A stretch of DNA of 64,000 bases from the human T2T-CHM13v2.0 reference genome, Homo sapiens, in the NCBI RefSeq assembly GCF_009914755.1, contig NC_060930.1; one strand, written 5' to 3'. Of the stretch, positions 40,867 to 64,000 are shown in pieces (positions within the stretch are counted from its first letter, which is position 1; the number at the start of each line of letters is the position of its first letter). The notes beneath the pieces are model-generated. The model saw only the letters and a list, made by a program, of their open reading frames with translations, made no database searches and was not told the DNA's origin. Position numbers and translations under genes: made by a program.

Positions 40867-41883
40867 ATGGGGAAAAAACAGAACAGAAAAACTGGAAACT
40901 CTAAAATGCAGAGCGCCTCTCCTCCTCCAAAGGAATGCAGTTCCTCACCAGCAACAGAACAAAGCTGGATGGAGAATGATTTTGACGAGCTGAGAGAAGA
41001 AGGCTTCAGACGATCAAATTACTCTGAGCTACGGGAGGACATTCAAACCAAAGGCAAAGAAGTTGAAAACTTTGAAAAAAATTTAGAAGAATGTATAACT
41101 AGAATAACCAATACAGAGAAGTGCTTAAAGGAGCTGATGGAGCTGAAAACCAAGGCTCGAGAACTATGTGAAGAATGCAGAAGGCTCAGGAGCTGATGCG
41201 ATCAACTGGAAGAAAGGGTATCAGCGATGGAAGATGAAATGAATGAAATGAAGCAAGAAGGGAAGTTTAGAGAAAAAAGAATAAAAAGAAATGAGCAAAG
41301 CCTCCAAGAAATATGGGACTATGTGAAAAGACCAAATCTACGTCTGATTGGTGTACCTGAAAGTGATGTGGAGAATGGAACCAAGTTGGAAAACACTCTG
41401 CAGGATATTATCCAGGAGAACTTCCCCAATCTACCAAGGCAGGCCAACATTCAGATTCAGGAAATACAGAGAACGCCACAAAGATACTCCTCGAGAAGAG
41501 CAACTCCAAGACACATAATTGTCAGATTCACCAAAGTTGAAATGAAGGAAAAAATGTTAAGGGCAGCCAGAGAGAAAGGTCGGGTTACCCTCAAAGGAAA
41601 GCCCATCAGACTAACAGCGGATCTCTCGGCAGAAACCCTACAAGCCAGAAGAGAGTGGGGGCCAATATTCAACATTCTTAAAGAAAAGAATTTTCAACCC
41701 AGAATTTCATATCCAGCCAAACTAAGCTTCATAAGTGAAGGAGAAATAAAATACTTTATAGACAAGCAAATGCTGAGAGATTTTGTCACCACCAGGCCTG
41801 CCCTAAAAGAGCTCCTGAAGGAAGCGCTAAACATGGAAAGGAACAACCGGTACCAGCCGCTGCAAAATCATGCCAAAATGTAA
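40867..41883 (+). pseudogene. ORF1: L1 ORF1p (338 codons) with premature stop R110*
   Basis: MGKKQNRKTGNSK...YQPLQNHAKM in one frame. TGA at 41194-41196 replaces a consensus CGA. Confidence 0.95.
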
Positions 41884-41922
41884 AGACCATCGAGACTAGG
41901 AAGAAACTGCATCAACTAATGA

Positions 41923-45774
<3,852 letters not shown>

Positions 45775-46094
45775 ACAATGAGATCACATGGACACAGGAA
45801 GGGGAATATCACACTCTGGGGGCTGTGGTGGGGTCGGGGGAGGGGGGAGGGATAGCATTGGGAGATATACCTAATGCTAGATGACACATTAGTGGGTGCA
45901 GTGCACCAGCATGGCACATGTATACATATGTAACTAACCTGCACAATGTGCACATGTACCCTCAAACTTAGAGTATAATAAAAAAAAAAGAAAAAGAAAT
46001 ATTGGAAGGAAGATAAGGCTTTTTCTGAAGAACGTTTTAGGGAATAAAAAAATATAAGTTACAAAAACACCCTTCCCAGGTCTAGTTTAACACA

Positions 46095-46260
46095 AATCAC
46101 TGAAATCTCAGGGTTGGAAGATGCCTTGAAAATTGTCCTCTCCACGCAGAGGCTGAGCATCCTTGGCGTAGAGCCCCAGTCCTCCAAGAGCTCCAGTCTC
46201 CCTCACAGGTTTGAAAGGTTCCTTCTTGGGTGGAGCCACAATCTGCCTCCTTCAACTTTT
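46095..46260 (-). mobile_element. Possible ancient L3/CR1- or MIR3-like fragment in the transduced DNA
   Basis: TCACTGAAATCTCAGGGTTGGAAGATGCCTTGAAA and GAAAGGTTCCTTCTTGGGTGGAGCCACAATCTGCCTCC resemble remembered CR1/L3 3' motifs. Highly diverged. Confidence 0.35.
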
Positions 46261-46284
46261 GGAATCTTAGAAATTCAGAAATGG

Positions 46285-46591
<307 letters not shown>

Positions 46592-46601
46592 TCAGAAATG
46601 G

Positions 46602-62494
<15,893 letters not shown>

Positions 62495-64000
62495 TTTTTT
62501 TTTTTTTTTAGAGAGGTACAAATAGAAAGATAAATCCTTCCTTTATTTTAGAGAAAATAATATGTGAGCCACAGATAGGAAATGATTGGAAAATACATAC
62601 AAACTGAATTTTATTTGCCAAATTCTCTATGTTTTCCCTACAGAAAACAGCTCCTGCAAATGCCTAGAGAAGCACTGCATACATTGGTAGAGAGAGCAGC
62701 AGCTCTAGTTCATATTTTCAGTGTTTACATTACAATAGTAAAATCGCAGAGCAGCTCTTCTATGCCAGCACTTGCTACAGTGGTGTTGCAATTGATGTTA
62801 GTACGGCAGTCTCTAGGCCTTCTGTAGCACAAGTGCCACAAGCACAAACAACATGTCACTCCTATATCAACAGTCCGGAGCACAGGATAAGTGCTCAAAA
62901 AATGAGTTTGCTGCACCAATGAATCAATTTTGGTGAGTTTCAGATAAGGGCATTTATTTATCTCGTTTGTTAACAAACTTGATTGCCTGTTACACTTCAA
63001 ACAGCGTATGCTAAACTAAAGCTTAAAATGAATTTCTAACTCAGTAGTTACAAAACGGTTTTAGTGTGAGGATCTTCTTTAAGTATCAAAAGTTTCCATG
63101 AGTGTTTGTATTTGAATTATGTTTTGATTGAGAAAATACATGATACAGCAGCTACAAAAGCAGTTCCCACATATACTCAAAGCTGCTAATGTAATGGGTG
63201 TGTGTGGCAGCATCTTTGCAAAAGAAAAGCAATTGAAAACAGGTTATAAAAACATAATGAATGTCCATCCACAGTGGATTGGTTAAATAAATTTTGTTGC
63301 ATTCATATAATGAAATATTTTGCAGTACCAAAAAAGAAGATGGTAGATCAATATGTACTGATACAGAAACATGTCCAAGGTATCTTAAGAGAGAAGATCA
63401 AATTGCCATATGGAATGTACAGTATAATTCCCTTTCTGTATGGAAAACTACATAAATCTATTAGGATAGGTATGGAAAAATTCTGGAAGAATATGCAATA
63501 AATTGAAACAACTGATAGGAGGGAGGGCATTTACTGTTCACATTATTATCTATCATGCTATTTGAGCTTTCCTGTCATAAGCATGAATCATTTGTATCTT
63601 AAAAATTGAAATTACATATCTATACATGTATTACATCTCTCTCTCTATCCATATTTTCACCTTAATACCAATATGTTCTACCAAGGGCTAATATTTGGTT
63701 CATGCCTTTTTGTGCAGACCATTTGCAGTTATTCTGCGGCTCTCCCAAGTTTCTTCAGTCAGTAGAATGAACATCAATCTTATACACTTTTCGTAACTCT
63801 TTTACGTTTTTCAACAAAACCAACTAACCAATCAGTGGGTTTCAAACGTTTGCTACATGCACCATTCTTTGCTCATGCTCATAAAATATTAATATTATAA
63901 GAAAACTCAATATTAGAATGGATAAAAGCAGAACTCTTCTGGTTGCCTTAAGAATGAAGTTTCAGAATTTCTCTTCTTCCTTGTTTTCCTCACTTCTTTT
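62495..64000 (-). mobile_element. 3' end of a polyadenylated insertion of unique DNA (L1 3' transduction or retrocopy), runs off the window
   Basis: The alpha monomer stops at GATAGAGCAG, then T19 (62491-62509). The target would be TTTT/GA. TTTATT at 62542-62547. AT-rich non-satellite DNA follows. Confidence 0.75.
63200..63610 (+). mobile_element. Ancient L1ME (L1ME4-like) 3'-end fragment
   Basis: AATGTCCATCCACAGTGGATTGGTTAAATAAATT...GGTAGATCAATATGTACTGATACAGAAACATGTCCAAG...GAAAAATTCTGGAAGAATA. The translation MDWLNKFCCIHIMKYFAV resembles the ORF2 C-terminus [17 protein letters not shown]. Confidence 0.75.

Noticed and set aside
62855-62925. Possible L2 3'-end remnant (GCACAGGATAAGTGCTCAAAAAATG)
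   Set aside because: Too short and diverged to call without an HMM search.
62582-63000. ORFs of 81 and 91 aa as a processed pseudogene CDS
   Set aside because: No recognisable protein and no supporting context.

Overview
Primate (almost certainly human) pericentromeric DNA. About 85% of the window is one-orientation 171-bp alpha satellite. It is arranged as a divergent ~855-bp pentamer (A-B-A-B-A monomer types, SF1/SF01-like) with skipped registers, hybrid monomers and a patchwork of local and long-range duplications. Three L1-machinery (TPRT) insertions interrupt it, and all three carry non-satellite genomic sequence. (1) 1995-2927 (-): a 5'-truncated polyadenylated retrocopy holding an Alu and a MER2B. 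Its Alu has 8 A>G changes on the transcript strand, which looks like ADAR A-to-I editing fixed into DNA; this is the most unusual observation. (2) 39965-46955 (+): a full-length L1HS with Ta-1 diagnostics, nonsense-inactivated ORF1 and ORF2, an intact ORF0, a ~0.94-kb 3' transduction and a 15-16 bp TSD. (3) 62495 to the window end (-): a polyadenylated insert of unique DNA containing an old L1ME fragment. No host protein-coding gene, RNA gene or CRISPR array is supported, and I found no new multi-gene system. Subfamily calls rest on remembered consensus sequences and need RepeatMasker or HMM confirmation.
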